Assembly (NCBI GenBank): GCA_965649765.1
Contig: OZ287750.1
Span: 89,094,001 to 89,158,000 of the forward strand
Length of the DNA: 64,000 nucleotides
DNA from: Bispira polyomma
Taxonomy: Eukaryota
Direction of reading: 5' to 3'
Below the pieces are notes generated by a model, which saw only the letters and a program-made list of their open reading frames with translations, did not search any database and was not told the origin of the DNA. The position numbers and the translations under genes are program-made. Of the stretch, positions 26,101 through 41,100 are shown piece by piece. Each line of letters starts with the position of its first letter. Position 1 is the stretch's first letter.

Positions 26101-29100
26101 CATCGATTATCGCCCACGTGGACTCGATGCATCATTCGATGCATCGAAAATTCCATTTTAACCAAAAAAAGTGCCGATACATACCCAGAATCTACTGTTT
26201 TTTTATGTTTTCCCACAATATACCTTCAAATTTAGGTGTAAAACGAACATAAACATTTTCACGTACCTATTATTTATATTTGTTCTAGTCGACAATGTGC
26301 TTTAAGTGCATACTAAAATTCAGCTAATAGGGAGTACTATATAAATGATCGAGTCGCAAAGCCCGGCTCAATGTATCATTTTTCTTGTCTCACTCGATTA
26401 ATGCATCGATGCTAGCGCTAATTGTCACAGCCTTAATATACATATACACCAATTTTGTCCGTAATGTACTTTTTGCCCACAGAAAAATAGTTCCAACAGT
26501 GACATATAATATTGCACTAAATACAGTAGAATTCAGTAATCATTTTTACTTGTCTTGTTAAAATCGGAATAGCACATTCAAATAATTCTGTAACATTTTC
26601 TGATGATATGAAAAACTACACCCCAATAATACAGACAACTGACAACTGAAAAGAGCATACAGTTTAAGTAGCTTACCTCAAAGTTGAGCTCTTTCACAAG
26701 TATATCTCCATTTGGTGTCACAAGGGGCACTTTTTCAAACCTACAAAAACAAAAAAAGAAATTTATAGAACTGAAGCAACTGTTAGGACGAGGAGAGTAC
26801 ATTTTATGCAATAGAAATTCTATTTTCTGACGCTATATTATCTGTGATAATAACAGCGATATTATAGTGCCATTGTTATATTTACTCATTAAAATTTAAT
26901 CTATTGGGTGGAAGTTCTGTTATGCAGAACCAATTTTTATGGTACCTTCAGATTCAACTTAATTAAGTTCAACTGAAAAAAGGAAATTGTTACCAACCCA
27001 GTTTAAATAAAGCAAGAATCCATTCTTTATTACTTCTGCAAAGACAGTGATATTTTAACTAATGTCTGTTGGTTTGTATCTCACCAGGATTACAACAAAA
27101 ACTACTGAACAGATTGACATGAAATTTGGTGGAGGGATGGGACAAGGACCAATAAAAAATGTAAAAAGTTCTGGTGCGATATCTAAGGAGCATGGCTGAT
27201 CCAAAATTTTAAAAACGTTTTCTGTGGACTTTGAACTTGGCACTGGATGCTTTTCTGAATGCCCTTCCTAATGTTTTCTTCAATGTAATATTCTTTAGAG
27301 TCTTCAAATGACTAGATTATAGTGTTCGGACTTGGTCAATATGTATCAGGTCGCTTATTAATCGCAAAGACTTATGGCCAATCATCAACTCAAAGGTATT
27401 TTTTAACTGGGAGAATATTTTTCTATTCACAGCCATACAAATTGCAAACCACTGAAAGTATCATTCGTGGAGCGGTAAACTGCATAATTATGCAAACAAA
27501 TAAAAGTGAGCCCTAGCCATTAATACTGTGTATATAGGTGCAGGGTGCGGCCATGTTGAAAAGTGCCACCATGTTTGTAATAATATGTAAGGCTTTGTTG
27601 GATTAGTTGGAAGCAATTGACACGGACAAAATAAGGAGTGTCAGCTTAATACTATCACATACTGCCTGATATTGTCGCCATGTTGGAAAAAATATGAAAG
27701 GAAGGGCCTTCATGGATTGGTCAGAAGTAATCTACCTGGTCCAACTAATGGGTGTCAGATTAATATTTCTCACACTCTGCATCTGTGTCTTTTTTAAAAG
27801 ACAACTCTTGTTAATTTTTTACACTGATTATTGCAGTACTTTGACTATATACTACGTTGTACCTGATAAGCTTGTCCTGAAGGATCAACCTGCCTGACCC
27901 TGGTACAAGTTGGCTGCCATTTTCTGAAAATTTAAAAAACAAACACCACTAGACATCAGAATATACATTGGTGCACATATATATACATAGTCAGTCATTT
28001 AAAATTCTTATTACTATTATCATGCATTTTATCACTGCGCTTTATCGATGCTAGGCATCTTCTAAAGTGCAACAGCAGAATCCGTTAACCAATCGTACAG
28101 TCCATAAACATAACTAGGTCTAAAAGGAAGGATGTAGTGATGTTATATACCACATAAGTGTACCATTATCTGACAAGCAATTTGAAATTGAATTGGGATA
28201 TTTAATGTCCACTCTAGTACCTGTTTAGGTTATATTGGGATGTTGTAGTTGGAAACGCTGAAGGAAAAACTGCATAAGTAAGAATCTACCACCTTTATAT
28301 CTGACAAGCAAAAGATAATGAGAGGAAAAGGCTGAAAGAGAATGGCTGATTAATCTGTATTCGCTACAACATGACAAAAAGAGAATAATGATATTACTGT
28401 TTGATTAATCGTTTTTTTTTGACAAGTGTACTGTATTTTAAGCGAGTTGTTGCCATTGTCCTCTTATTGTTCACTGTTTTGAAAATTATCTAAGCTTACA
28501 ATCAACATAACAGTGCAAAAAACTATGTCAATTAGATTATTCGTTCAGCTTTACTTAAACTAATCGGATTAGTACATTGGCTATTTATTTTGATCCTCAA
28601 AAGAGGGTTATGTATGGTGTGCAGTAAACCTCTTTAAGTATTACGCTGTTAAATCTATTTTCATTTGATGTGAAAGGAAAATCTGTAGCTCCACAATAGT
28701 CTTGCTTTTTTAAAAAATCTACACCATTAAGTGAAAATTTAATTTTTTTCTGCTGATCCCTTGAGGTGCAACATTAAAAAGATTCAACTATAAATGCAAG
28801 ACAAACAACAATTACAGTGTCTGACTTGGTAATTTGGCAAAATGTGGCCCGAAAGATTTTAAAGGTCTTAATCCACGTTTAGAAATGGCGCACTTCTGGC
28901 CCAAATTTCATTGACATATTGCAAGTAAGGCAATATAGGGCAAGATAGACTTTTGAGCTGTGTTAAATTACAACGCCAAACACAAGTCTTAAATTAAAGC
29001 TTTACAGAAACAGAAGTTTAATATACAAATATATTAAGGAGACAAGTAAAACCTCTTGGGAGAGCAAGATTTTGCTTTGGATAATAGAGGGTTTACGACG

Positions 29101-32100
29101 CAGAAAAAAGCTTTTCTGTGTAACACAATAATAGTAAAAACAACTTTCGGAGAGTGGAAATAAATTGAATAATATTGAATCCAACATATATTTGGTTTCT
29201 ACTGACATACAGTCACTATCCAATTACCGAGAGTTGTAAAATTATTTAAAACTCAATTGGAAGAAATGACTGTCATGTTAATGTTATTATTTCTATAGCG
29301 CCACAACCGATGATCAGCACATCCCAGTTGATAAGCAGAAGAATAGTCTGCTAGGAGAAAAGGTTTGTGATCAGAGTTCAGTCATTACCAGCAGACGAAT
29401 GTTGAGGCAAAAAAGTGAGTTGATACAGATGTGTTTTTGAGCTTTTTCCTAAAAGCTGTAATCCTGATCTCAGTCTGAAGACTGACAGGGAGACTATTCC
29501 ACTAAGCAGGTACTGCAACTTTAAATGACCTCGAACCTGCAAGTTTAGGCATTTTTAAAATATATTTTGCTGACCTCCAGTGCTTTTCTCCGTGGTAACC
29601 ATAGTTCTCTCATATTGGCCTTTGTTTAAATCTTCCAACACCTTCATAAACTCAGTCACTCTGGCTGTGAACCTACAGAACAGAAAGTACACATACAGAG
29701 TGTCCATAAATAAAGAAGGAAGGGGGTGGGTGGGGGGTGGGGGGGGGCAAAGGTAATTCCAAGCAGCCTACTGTCATGATAAACACACACACCACATTCT
29801 GTGAGGACACCTTCATTACTTTTCCTGTAAATGAATAGAAACACCCACATAATATATATTTCAACACTTTAAAGACCTTGTCCATCGGCTAGCAGTAGAT
29901 GGCCATTTCTATTTGCCAGTGCCATGTCCGTCATGGTATAGTGCTCATAATATAAAAATAATAAATATATTTTTTTAAATTTGTGATGAAACAAAAAGTA
30001 TCATAAAAGTGGGTCAAAGTATTTTCTCTACAGCAATCGTATCCAGCCAATCATATCATCTCTCTGGCTTACTTTTCTCCTATATTTTGGTTGGCTAACA
30101 CACAAAATTGATCTCTTACCCAGCGAATCATATCATCTCTATCTATCACTTATTCTCCCCTGTATTTCTATTCACTGCCACACACCGAACAGCACTTACC
30201 CAGCCAATCGTGACATCTCTCGACCAGCCAGTACCACTCTGCCTATGGCTTCAGCCATCTTTACTAACATGCGTCCACTCTGGTAATAATCCTGCAAATT
30301 CATACAGTATTCTAGTATTACCCCTCTGTGTACATGCCGATACACAATTAAACCAAAACGTACAGTTCAAATACTAGCCAACTTAATTTAGACAAAAACT
30401 ATACTTACTACATAATTGCTACGTTAAATAGTTTGATTTTCTATTATGAGTTAATGGTGCCTTCTCTACAGGCAGTTTTATAATTGGTGTATTACTCTTT
30501 TCTTAAGACTCATGTTCGAACACAATTACTGCAAACTCTTTACAACTAGGAACCAGTATAAGTCAAATTTCTGTATAACTAGAAGCAATTTTGTGGTCTC
30601 CATATGCAAACTTCTAAAATTTAAGTAGAAGTTAGCCATAAGTAGAACCAACTAAATAACTAATTTGTCTGATAAAGTATGTATTCACTTTAATATTACA
30701 TGATATCAATACATGAAATTATATTTACAAATATATACATAAATTTATACTGAACTAATCAAAATACAGAAAATAATTTTCTAAGCTAAATTTCCTAGTT
30801 GTCTTTACACATGCATGCAAAGGGTCAGAATATTAGTATCTCACCATAAAACCTATTTATATTAAACCTGAAAAGTTTTGAAAACAAGTGACAAGCTAGC
30901 AATACTACTTTTTGGGGTTATATTTGAAACATATATTAACTAGGGTGAGTAGGCAAATAAATATAAACTAGTAAAATAGGTGAATTAAGTAAAATTACTT
31001 TAGCTTGTAACAGCTATATTAAATTATTAGTAATATGCTAGGACTAAAAAAGTAAAATGTCGAACAGTAGAACTTCTATTATCCAAACTTCTATTTTCCA
31101 AATATTTGATCTTATGAACACACTTTTATGCTCTTACATTTTCCTATTATTTTCCATTTGTATTTTCCATTTCAATGCGCTTTATTGATGTGAGGCAACA
31201 ACAAAATCAATTAACCAATCAAGAAGTCCAAAATACATACCCAAGATCATAAGGAAGGATGTGGGGTGCACTGGGAGTGAATCAAAGGGGGCAAGCAAGG
31301 TTGAAAAGATAGGTTTAAGCTTTTTCATGAACCCATTAAGAGTTTCTAGTTATCTAAGCTCAACTGTGAGATTATTCTAGAACATAGGGGCAGGCAATAA
31401 AGTATCTGTTCTGTTTTACAAACATTCTTTTATCAGAACAAACTTCTTGCTCTCAGAGCAACATTATCAGATAATAGAGGTTCTACTGTATTTGTTTTGG
31501 CTATTTTGGAAACAACATACTAACTAAGCTAAGGAAGCAAAATATATTAACTATAGTAGGCAAAATAGGCAAATTAGAACTTTGTCATATTAGCAATATT
31601 ATATGTTTAGAACTATCAAACCAAAAATAAACATGAAGATACTATTGTTAAATAAAAAAATATTTAAATTTATTAGACACCAGCTTATTATTAACATGAA
31701 AATCTACTAAACAAACATAAATATTCATAAAAAGTACCCTCATTGTTAGTGACAACACTCTGTATTTATAGATATATTTTGGAAAATAAATAGAAGTTAG
31801 GTCAACGGTCAAGGACAATCTTAAAAGAGGAGAATGATCCAAAAAGGCTCATTAAATGCCGGTAATCATTTTAAAATATGACCATGTGATACTACAACTG
31901 TTCATATATATTTTTTTCTTTACAACACTGCGTTATGTTATATATTTTTCAGAATTTATAACACAATTTGAATACATTTGGAAGATTGAGAAGTTTTTTT
32001 TAATTAAAAATGGGCCAATTTATGTGAATGTTTGGGTAACAGCAGTTTTGATAATAAGTAATCAATAGTAACAGATAGCAAGGACAGTTAACGCATATAT

Positions 32101-35100
32101 TCTGACTAAAGTGGCACCTCTATTTTCTGAACATGTTGGGAGAGAAAGATATTGTTTGGATAATAAAAGGTTCGTAAAATGGAAAAAACATTTTTGTAAA
32201 ACAATCAATTTAGGAGAGTGGAAATGAGTTCATCAAATCTCAAGGGCCTTACTAACTGCCGACTACATGACACTACATGGGACGACACATCACTGCACGA
32301 CAGTAATATACACACCAAGCACGACACAATATTACATATTACAAAAAAGTATAAAGATCAATACATCACCAAAGCCATTTGTGCACAAACAATATAGAAA
32401 CACCCCACGAAACACAGTGTCTATTTTTTAGAGATTTTTCCCAAGTAAAATTGCAGTGTCATGTGGTGTAGTGTTGTGTAAGGAGCAGTCTGTATAACCT
32501 CTATACATTTTCTTTTTTTCTACTTTATTGTAGTGTTGTGTTGTATCGTGTAGTTGGCGGCTGTAAGGCCATTTATATTCGGATAATAGAAGGTCGTACA
32601 ATAAGGTTCTTCCGTATTATCCTCAATTTTGCAAAAAAAAACCAAAAAACCAGGGGCCCTATTTACAAAGATTCTTATTCTCAGAATTGTAGTTATTCTT
32701 AGAATTTTTCTTACATTAAGAAATTTTTGAGAAAAATTCTAGAAACAGCAATTTTCAAATTTGTTTTATTCCCATTCTCAGATTTTTTTTAAAGAAAAAA
32801 TTGGAATAAGGCTAGAATCTAGGAATGGTACATAAATTGGCAACTTTGTGGTGAATAATTTTTTTGAAAAATCTAATATTAAGAAATCAACAAATGTGAA
32901 CATTTTTATTCTTAGAATTTTTTCTCAACAAATTCTTAGATTAAGAACAATGCTAAGAATAAGAATCTTTTTGAATATGGCCCCTTATCTGTTGAGTGAG
33001 CACTAGACCTGCCTTTGGTCAATGTATTCAAGTAAGACTTAAAACCCTATAAAACTGAACATCTGCAGATAGCAAGAATTTATTGAGGTACTAGGAAGTT
33101 TATAAAGAGGCATTTTAGAGAACAACCAAATATGAAAGAAGAAGGCCACTCAGTAGAGCGCATACCCCGGCTAAAGCCCTGCAGTGCCAACAATTAAAGG
33201 AAAGATTCCCTGAGGATTACCCACATATGCTTAAACTTTTATATTCAATTTCCACTTTCCTTCCCTCAAACCACATGTTAATTAGGGTCAGTAGTTTTTT
33301 TCTCATCCTGGGGTGGTATTCACAAATGGACTTAGCCAAGTCTTAGGCTTAACTCTCTATACTTTTGTGCTAGATTTAAGCCTGAGACTTGGCTAAGTCC
33401 CTGCGTAAATACAGGCCCTGGTGCCAAACATTCATATATATATATGTATAGTGCACGTTTCACTTTAAATCAGATACTCCTTTTTTGTTCTCAAGAGCCC
33501 AAATGATAAATATTGTCGATATTAATGAACTAATAAATTTACTCACTACTGCACTACTGTAAAAAGTTTTTAAAAAATCCGAAAATTTGGGTTATAAGCT
33601 CACCTCCATTTTTTGACTTTGGGACATGTTATCAAAGCGTGTGCTGGTGAGATCGAGGAATGGTCGGCTCACAACAGTAAAACCACAGACCGTGGCTAAA
33701 TCTAAGAGACAAACAAAGAAATTCAACATAACCCACACCAAAGAATGAAAAAAAATATCTGTCTTATAAAGTTTTGCATTAATTGAGGAATATGTTGACT
33801 ATAATCAGTTGTTCTGCTGTAAATAGTGAAAGACCAAAACTTTCTAATTAAAAGCACATCGATAATGAAGGAAATTCCACGGGGTAACAGGTTTGCATAA
33901 ATAGCTAGAGTCACTAAAACACACACCATATATACTCCAGGCATTGTGCATAATTTTATAAAAACCCAGAGAATTCACCAGTACTGAAACATTGAAAAAT
34001 GCTGAACACTGAAAGAAAGTAAAACAACAATATGGGGTTGGGTATGGGGCTTGTCCACTGATTTTCCATGGACAACGAACCTCCAATAAGATGGAGATGT
34101 TGACTGCTACTCAATGGACATTATGATTGTGACAGTATGTTATAAATCAAAGATGAAGTTAAGAAATTCAGACAGGAAAGTTTGCAGTTAATGAAGCAAG
34201 TTGTTATCAAGCAGAAGGGTCAATGAATGAGTTGAATGACACATGCAAAATCCCGAAAATGAAGTTATAAACACCTTCAGATACACAGGATTTATACCAA
34301 GATTGGCAATTAGAAAAACCTTTTAAACAATATCAGGCACAACTTTGGGCAGTAAAAAATTTGGGTATGGCAATCTGTCAACGAAGCCATGCATATAGCC
34401 CATCCTTAAACACTGTAATATTGCAATTGTAAAAATCTTCTCTTAAGCACGGTGAGATTATGAAGCCACCTGGGTTCTTATAAGTGATGTTTGAAACAAA
34501 AATTTTCCTTCCAAAGGGGGATATCATTGTAGCCCCCAAAGTGTAGCTTTTTGTAGATACAAACGACTTTGAAATTACTATAAAATCAGCCAGCATATAT
34601 ATATATATATATTTGTTCTCTCCAAAGAAAGTCAAGTTTAGACTTCATTCAAATAAACTCCCCCTTTATAAGGAAATCACCTATACTCCATGCCAAATTC
34701 TAGTAGTTGATCTATTATTAACCAAACTTCTGTAATTATCAATGTTCAATGGACAATTTTATGGACAGTTTTATTTTCCCAAATTTTAATTTTCCAATTG
34801 ATTTATTCTAAAATGCCTCTTCTATTTTAGAACCTTCTATTATAACTGAGATATTCCACTGTATATGTAGACAGACTTAACTTCACCCTACCCAAAGATA
34901 TAGGCTACATTACATTTGAGAGTCTACTAAATCCTGATTTATATTAGGAAAATTGTTATTAATAAAGAGGAAATAGGAAGATACAAATCAAACTCACACA
35001 AGACAAACCACCCTCAGGAATCTGAACAAAAATGGTCACTCGCAGTTGAATTTTCCCACATAACCTTTAAGTGACCGACCTACTGAGCATCACCAAGGAG

Positions 35101-38100
35101 GCAATATAATCGGGCGTTATTTTTATATATAAGAATTTTCTTCACATACACCATGGCTATAGAAGCTATTATTGCAATATATTAATTATATAAATATAAA
35201 ATTATATATTTTAACATATTTGACTGCATCTAATAACTCAATGGTTGGCGATCATTTGTGTTACAAAATGTCTTGCAGTAAACTAACTTGTATAAAGAAA
35301 GACTATCACAAACTGGCTAAAATTGCAATTGATGAAACGCTGAATCATTCACTGGTTAAATATTTGTTTGAATGACAAATGTGTTATGCGCAGTGTCAAA
35401 TAAATAATTTCTACTTTTTTTTCCCACTCAAATACACAGACTTGCAATAGCCAGGGGTCACTATGTTACATTAGTAAAGTGGATAACCTCTCACTAAATA
35501 TACTTCAGGGGACACTTTTGAACAAATAAAAGCAAATTGGTGGGAATCGTAATGGAATTTTCTTCAGTTCTCAACTGTAGTTTTCTCCCAGTCGTCAAAG
35601 GGTTAATACCAAAATCGTTAATAGGTTTCATATGGTAGCAACTCATGGGTGACCGTCCTTTTAGAGTGATCGTCCTTTGAGAGTGGTCGCTTGTAGGAGT
35701 TTAGTTGTAGTTTGTGAAAGACCTCCACGTGCAAATCAATAGAAACCCCTAAACATCTTCCAAAACCATAGAAAGAATAGTGCATGTTAATTTAATAAAA
35801 GCGTTCTAATAGGGATGACACAGTACTTGAAAGTTTTCCAATGAGATTTATCTACATGTACTTGAAGAAAAAAACATTCAGATTATGGAAGACCACCATA
35901 CGATACATTGAGTTTAACCAACTAAACATGCCAAAAACTGGAATAGGATTAAAATCAAACCAAAACAGACATAGAATTGGTTGCTCATATTGATTAATAG
36001 TGATAAAACAGGGTGAAAAAAATGGCATTAAAATTTTCTTATATTTTAAAATACAGCACATCACAATCATTTGTAGATCTGAATTTACATATTGATATTG
36101 ATTACATATTTATTACACCCAAATGTTCAAAATTAGACATTCCTCCTAATTTAGTTTATGTTCTCCAGCCAAATATACACTGATCTTGAGATCTTCAGAG
36201 TACAATGTCATCCATATAGTTAGTGCTTGGTTAAGTAAGGAACAATTGAATACAAAGAAACCGAAAAAGATTTAGATAAGGACAGGAAATACACTGATTA
36301 AATACCCCAGTAGGACCCCTTTTAGCCAAACTTTTATTATCCGAATAATTATTTTGATTTTCAATTTTAATCTTTAAAGTATACATTATTTCCTATAATT
36401 AAATTTTTTTTAATACTAAATACCATTCTAGTTTATGAAGCTTCTATTATCTGAACCAAAAAAACAATGGTTGCTCACCCAGTATGTTGGGATATAGATG
36501 TTCTACTTTGTAAGAAGCAGTAACTACAAGAAGATGGTAATTTGCTGATACATTAAGATCACATCTGTCCATCATATTTGGGGAAGAGATAGCAACTACC
36601 TCAGTAGGAATAGTTCTGTGATACAGTCATTCACTGAAAATAAGAAATGTGGCCCCCCTAATAAAGGCTTTCCTAATTGTTAAAGATATGGAGGTCAGTG
36701 TACTGCATTGGTTAGGACATACAGGGGACCCAAATTGTACAGACAGACATAAACGTCCAGAAATGTACTTCATGTGGGCCTTCCCAACCAGTTACCCCTA
36801 CTGGCATTACCCTAGATGTATAATGTATGGCCCTCCTATGTATTCGATGATACCCCTCTAATACCCCTTCTATACCACAGGGACAAAAATTCTCCCTCTA
36901 CTTTTTACCAAAAATAAGAGGGAACTTCAACTTTTTACCCTAAATAGGAATAGACATATATTAGTTGTCTTGCAAGATAGTTAGATGCATTCAGTTAATT
37001 GCATTCGGTTTTAGCTGGCTTGCAGTCACATTGCAAAGACCAAATGCAAAGGTTGAAGAAACTAGGGCTGAAGCACTCTCAACCACTGACCTATGGCAAG
37101 TACCTGACAAACGTTACCACATGAAGGAACAATCGGGATTCAAACCCACATTGGTGAGAGGCCAGTGATTGTAAAGCTACTAATGCTTCTAGCCACTAGG
37201 CCACTGTGGCTGCCATCTTGCTTAACCTGCAATATTAATGGTTTAAAGTCTTATTATTATTGGTTATTTTTTTATTTCCTTCTCGACTTAATTTGAGCAG
37301 AATTACCGAAGGTACAAATATCAGAGTGAGAGTTCTAGGTTAACAAAAATGTATGGAAAATAAGAATGTGGCCCTAAGGCAAGGGGCAGAAAAGCATTTC
37401 CATAAAATAAGAGCGGCCCCTCATATATTATTGCATGTTCCACCTCCTTATTTTCAGTGAATCATTGTAGACTGAATATTGATACAATGAACAATCAAGG
37501 CTATCATTGGCATTTAGATTTAGGTTGGTGGGTGAGTTTAGAGGCTGTAGAGACAGAAAGAAACCGATTGGCCAATGGTTGCCATGGTAGAAACATATAT
37601 ATATATTTGATCATGTGACCTCCATTCTGCCGGTTTGAGTCAAGGCATTCATCCTGCTGTCATCAGTATCAAAGAACGGCCGGCTGACCACAAAGTAACC
37701 CATCATGAAAGAACAGTCTGAAAATACCAGCCAAAAGGCGGCTAGTTGTGGAGTGGTGAAAACGCCAGCCAAGACTAAGACCTTTTGGAAATACGGCCCC
37801 GGTTTGTAACCTATATATGATGTCAGTTCCTCGATACTTAACTCGAAGTGAGATATCAAAATTTGAGTTTGGTTTTTAGCAAATCTTTGGAACACTATAT
37901 ACCATACCATGTCAGTCATAGCAATGATATTAAATTGTACTATGGAATTTTAACAGGCCTTTTAGATGCCAGCCATCTGGAAAAGTGGCAACATCAAAAA
38001 TCAATAAACTATTAATCATTTTCCTAATATACAGGAAAACTGTTCACTGTCAGTAGGCAATAGCATGCGCACATCTTGTCCAACTTTTAAAGACTGCTAT

Positions 38101-41100
38101 CCTCCCAAGGAACATAATTATGGTCTTACTAAGAACCTTTGTTTGTGCAAATAACCATTCATTTTAACAAAGATTCTAAAGATAGAGTTGAACGTCAAGC
38201 TGTATAAATCACACTATTAAAATGAATTCATAATGTATTTTATATCATAGGAGTTAAAATCATTTAACAGCACTTTTATGTTTCACCAAAAATCCGTAAA
38301 CGCTTGTTATGTGACGTTTAGACCAGAAATTGGCATGGACCAGATTTTGCACATTGACTATATATTTCATGAAATACTGTTTAATCAGTTGTTAGTTTTT
38401 TAAAACCAACAAACAGGTAAAAATCTTCAAAACCAGTTACTAGTTTTAATATCAATGTGTAAGTTTTGCACCTATACATGGAAGTTTCTACTTTTAGGCC
38501 AGTATTTGACACAACGTTCAGCACAGCATAGTGCTTTATTTTGGTCAGTTTTGTTAAGTCAACTAGAAATATTAAAGGATCTATGAACTTTGGTTTCTTT
38601 ATTTTGATATATATTTTTCCAATTTACTGTAACTAGTTAAGTAAAATATGATTAGATGGGTAACATGGGCCATGAAAGCTAGAGATAGGAGTTACGTCTT
38701 GTGCCGGAGTGATACAAGGTCATGACCAAATACACATACGGTACTTACACTTAGCAATGACGTTGTCAACCAGACCCATAGAGAAACGGAAGAAGATGAA
38801 GTTTCTGAGATGGTCAACCTAAAACAAAACAATTAAAAGAACCAGAATTAAAGGAATTTTAATTTAGTCATATCATGATGGCCAGATTTAATGGTGGAAG
38901 AAAACCAGTGCTGAAGCACTATGTAAACCAAACAACCTATGGCAAGTACTTGACAAACTTTACCACACGAAGGAATAAACAGGATTCGAACCCACATTGG
39001 TGAGAGGCCAGTGATTGTGAAGCAGACGCTTCTACACTCATGCTTACAGTCATCATATTACAGTCTTCTGACTAACTACTGACTTAGGTTCATTCCCAGC
39101 CTTGATCACCTGGGTACTGGCATGGCTGTCACTACTTGAAATGGTAGTCTTCTGTCATTGGGTCATATCCCCCAGTGACAGGTTAAAGAACCTTGGGGAC
39201 ATTAGTTAATGGTGTCACCCTCAAGTATCCGTCTTCAGTTTGGTGGATGGCAGTTACTAGCACTATTTGGCTGTATCTGGGCAGTCAAGAAAATATTATT
39301 TAGCACTATAAATACCAGGTAAAAGTAGATAAAGGTGCCGAGTACAATACACTCATCCACTAATCAAAAAACGTACCAGTTTTTCGAATGCCGCTGTTAT
39401 AATTGTCTTCTCTTTCCTGTTTCCCTGGTAAAAGGCGATTTCCTCACAGTTTGTGATGAGCCTGGAGTTGACGTAGCGATATTCTCCTTCCAGTTTCTGT
39501 TCAGTTACTGTCAGTGCCCCGATTGGCCTCCTTAATCTGTGGGTCACATGACCAAAACATACACGTTAAAGTTTTTATGATAACATAAACTCTACTTAAC
39601 AATGTAAATTTTAATTAGAAATCTAGCAATGGAACATTAATACTATGTTACTTAACATGTAACTCCACTTATCAGAGTTCTACTTTAAGGGGTTTGATTG
39701 CACGTATGTTTAACACGTATTTAGAATTAGTCATTTCAAGAGACTCTTCCTTTGGGATAGTGTAAACAACTAAAAAAACAGTTTTTGATAACAAAAACAA
39801 AGCATCTCTAAAGTTGAAACAATAATGATGTTATTAAGAGCACAATGTCTAAAACTGTTTGAAAAGTTGACATATAAACAAAATCATTCCTGCAGGTCGA
39901 AAATAAGCTCGGAATCAATATATCAAGCACTGTTTCTGAGATAACGCAAATTTCGAAAAAAAAAGATACAGAAATTCATAAAAATCGAAAATTTAAGGTA
40001 AAAGTAAAATTGGCAAAACATGAGGTTAACAGTAAGTCTTAGTAAAATACAGCAGAACCTCCATGATTTCAACATATTGGGAGAGACTAAGATTTTGTTT
40101 GAATAATAGAAGGTTTATCAAATAGAAGTCATTTTAGAGGAAACTAATAGGAAAATAGAAATTTGGAAGGATGAAAGGGTGGTATTAAAATCAAACACAT
40201 ATTCAAATATTAGAAGTTTGGATAATAGAGGTTCTAAAGTATTGCTTAACGTTGGATTGTGTTCTGCACTATGGTACCTACTATTTATACACAAATATAC
40301 ATTGTGACTTAATTAATAGGCTAAAATTATAAGCATTTTACCTGGTTAGAATTAATCCAGACACGAACAAATAGGACAACATAAAGAATGGACCCTGAAA
40401 AGAGAAAACAAACCCGAAAGTGAGATCCCAATCTTCATTACAGTTCACATAATTAGCTAAATGGTTTGACAAAAGGCAAACTGAAGGGAGAAGTAAAGAG
40501 TCTTAAAGGTGTAAATAGAAGTCTTTTAAGTCTTACAGGTGTGGATAGAAGTAGTTTGTGTACTGTACTTAAAACCTATCGTGTTTTGTTTGTTTACTTT
40601 TAGGTTTAATAAAAATTTCAACAATAACGTACGATATTACAGTGGGCAGTTTATTAGCATTGCAAAGCAGAACAGCATAGTTGATAACAATTTCTGAACT
40701 GTAACGTCGGCAACTATAGTGTCGGTTAATTTTCCTACATACATGTAACAGCCAAGATTCAAAGTTTCAAACCCATCCTGATAAAACTTATCTCAGTATA
40801 TGGAATATAAACATATACCAAATCATACTTCACATTGGAAGCTAGTGACAAAAGCACCACTAATTTAAATGGTTACAAGTATATACTTTGACATACATAA
40901 GCCTTCATATAGCCTACAGTTAAGTATGGGCTTAAGTGTGCAGTGCACTTCAACAATACAGATACCAAATACTACATGTAATTTTACTTTTTATGAACAC
41001 ACAAACAAATTATAAACCATTTAATTTTTTCTGCTAATTACTTATATTACATTACTTGTACTGAAACATTAAATTTACATAAGAGTGTGTAAAAGTTAAT

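Noticed and set aside
34081-34178. Possible third alternative exon 13 (ends ...ILLE|GTTCGT)
   Set aside because: In-frame TGA ten codons upstream, no acceptor at the expected distance and no VVSRPF motif
37908-37976. 69-nt AG/GT-bounded segment faintly resembling exon 12
   Set aside because: Stops in all three frames, weak similarity, and an order that does not fit a simple tandem duplication; at most a poison exon, unsupported
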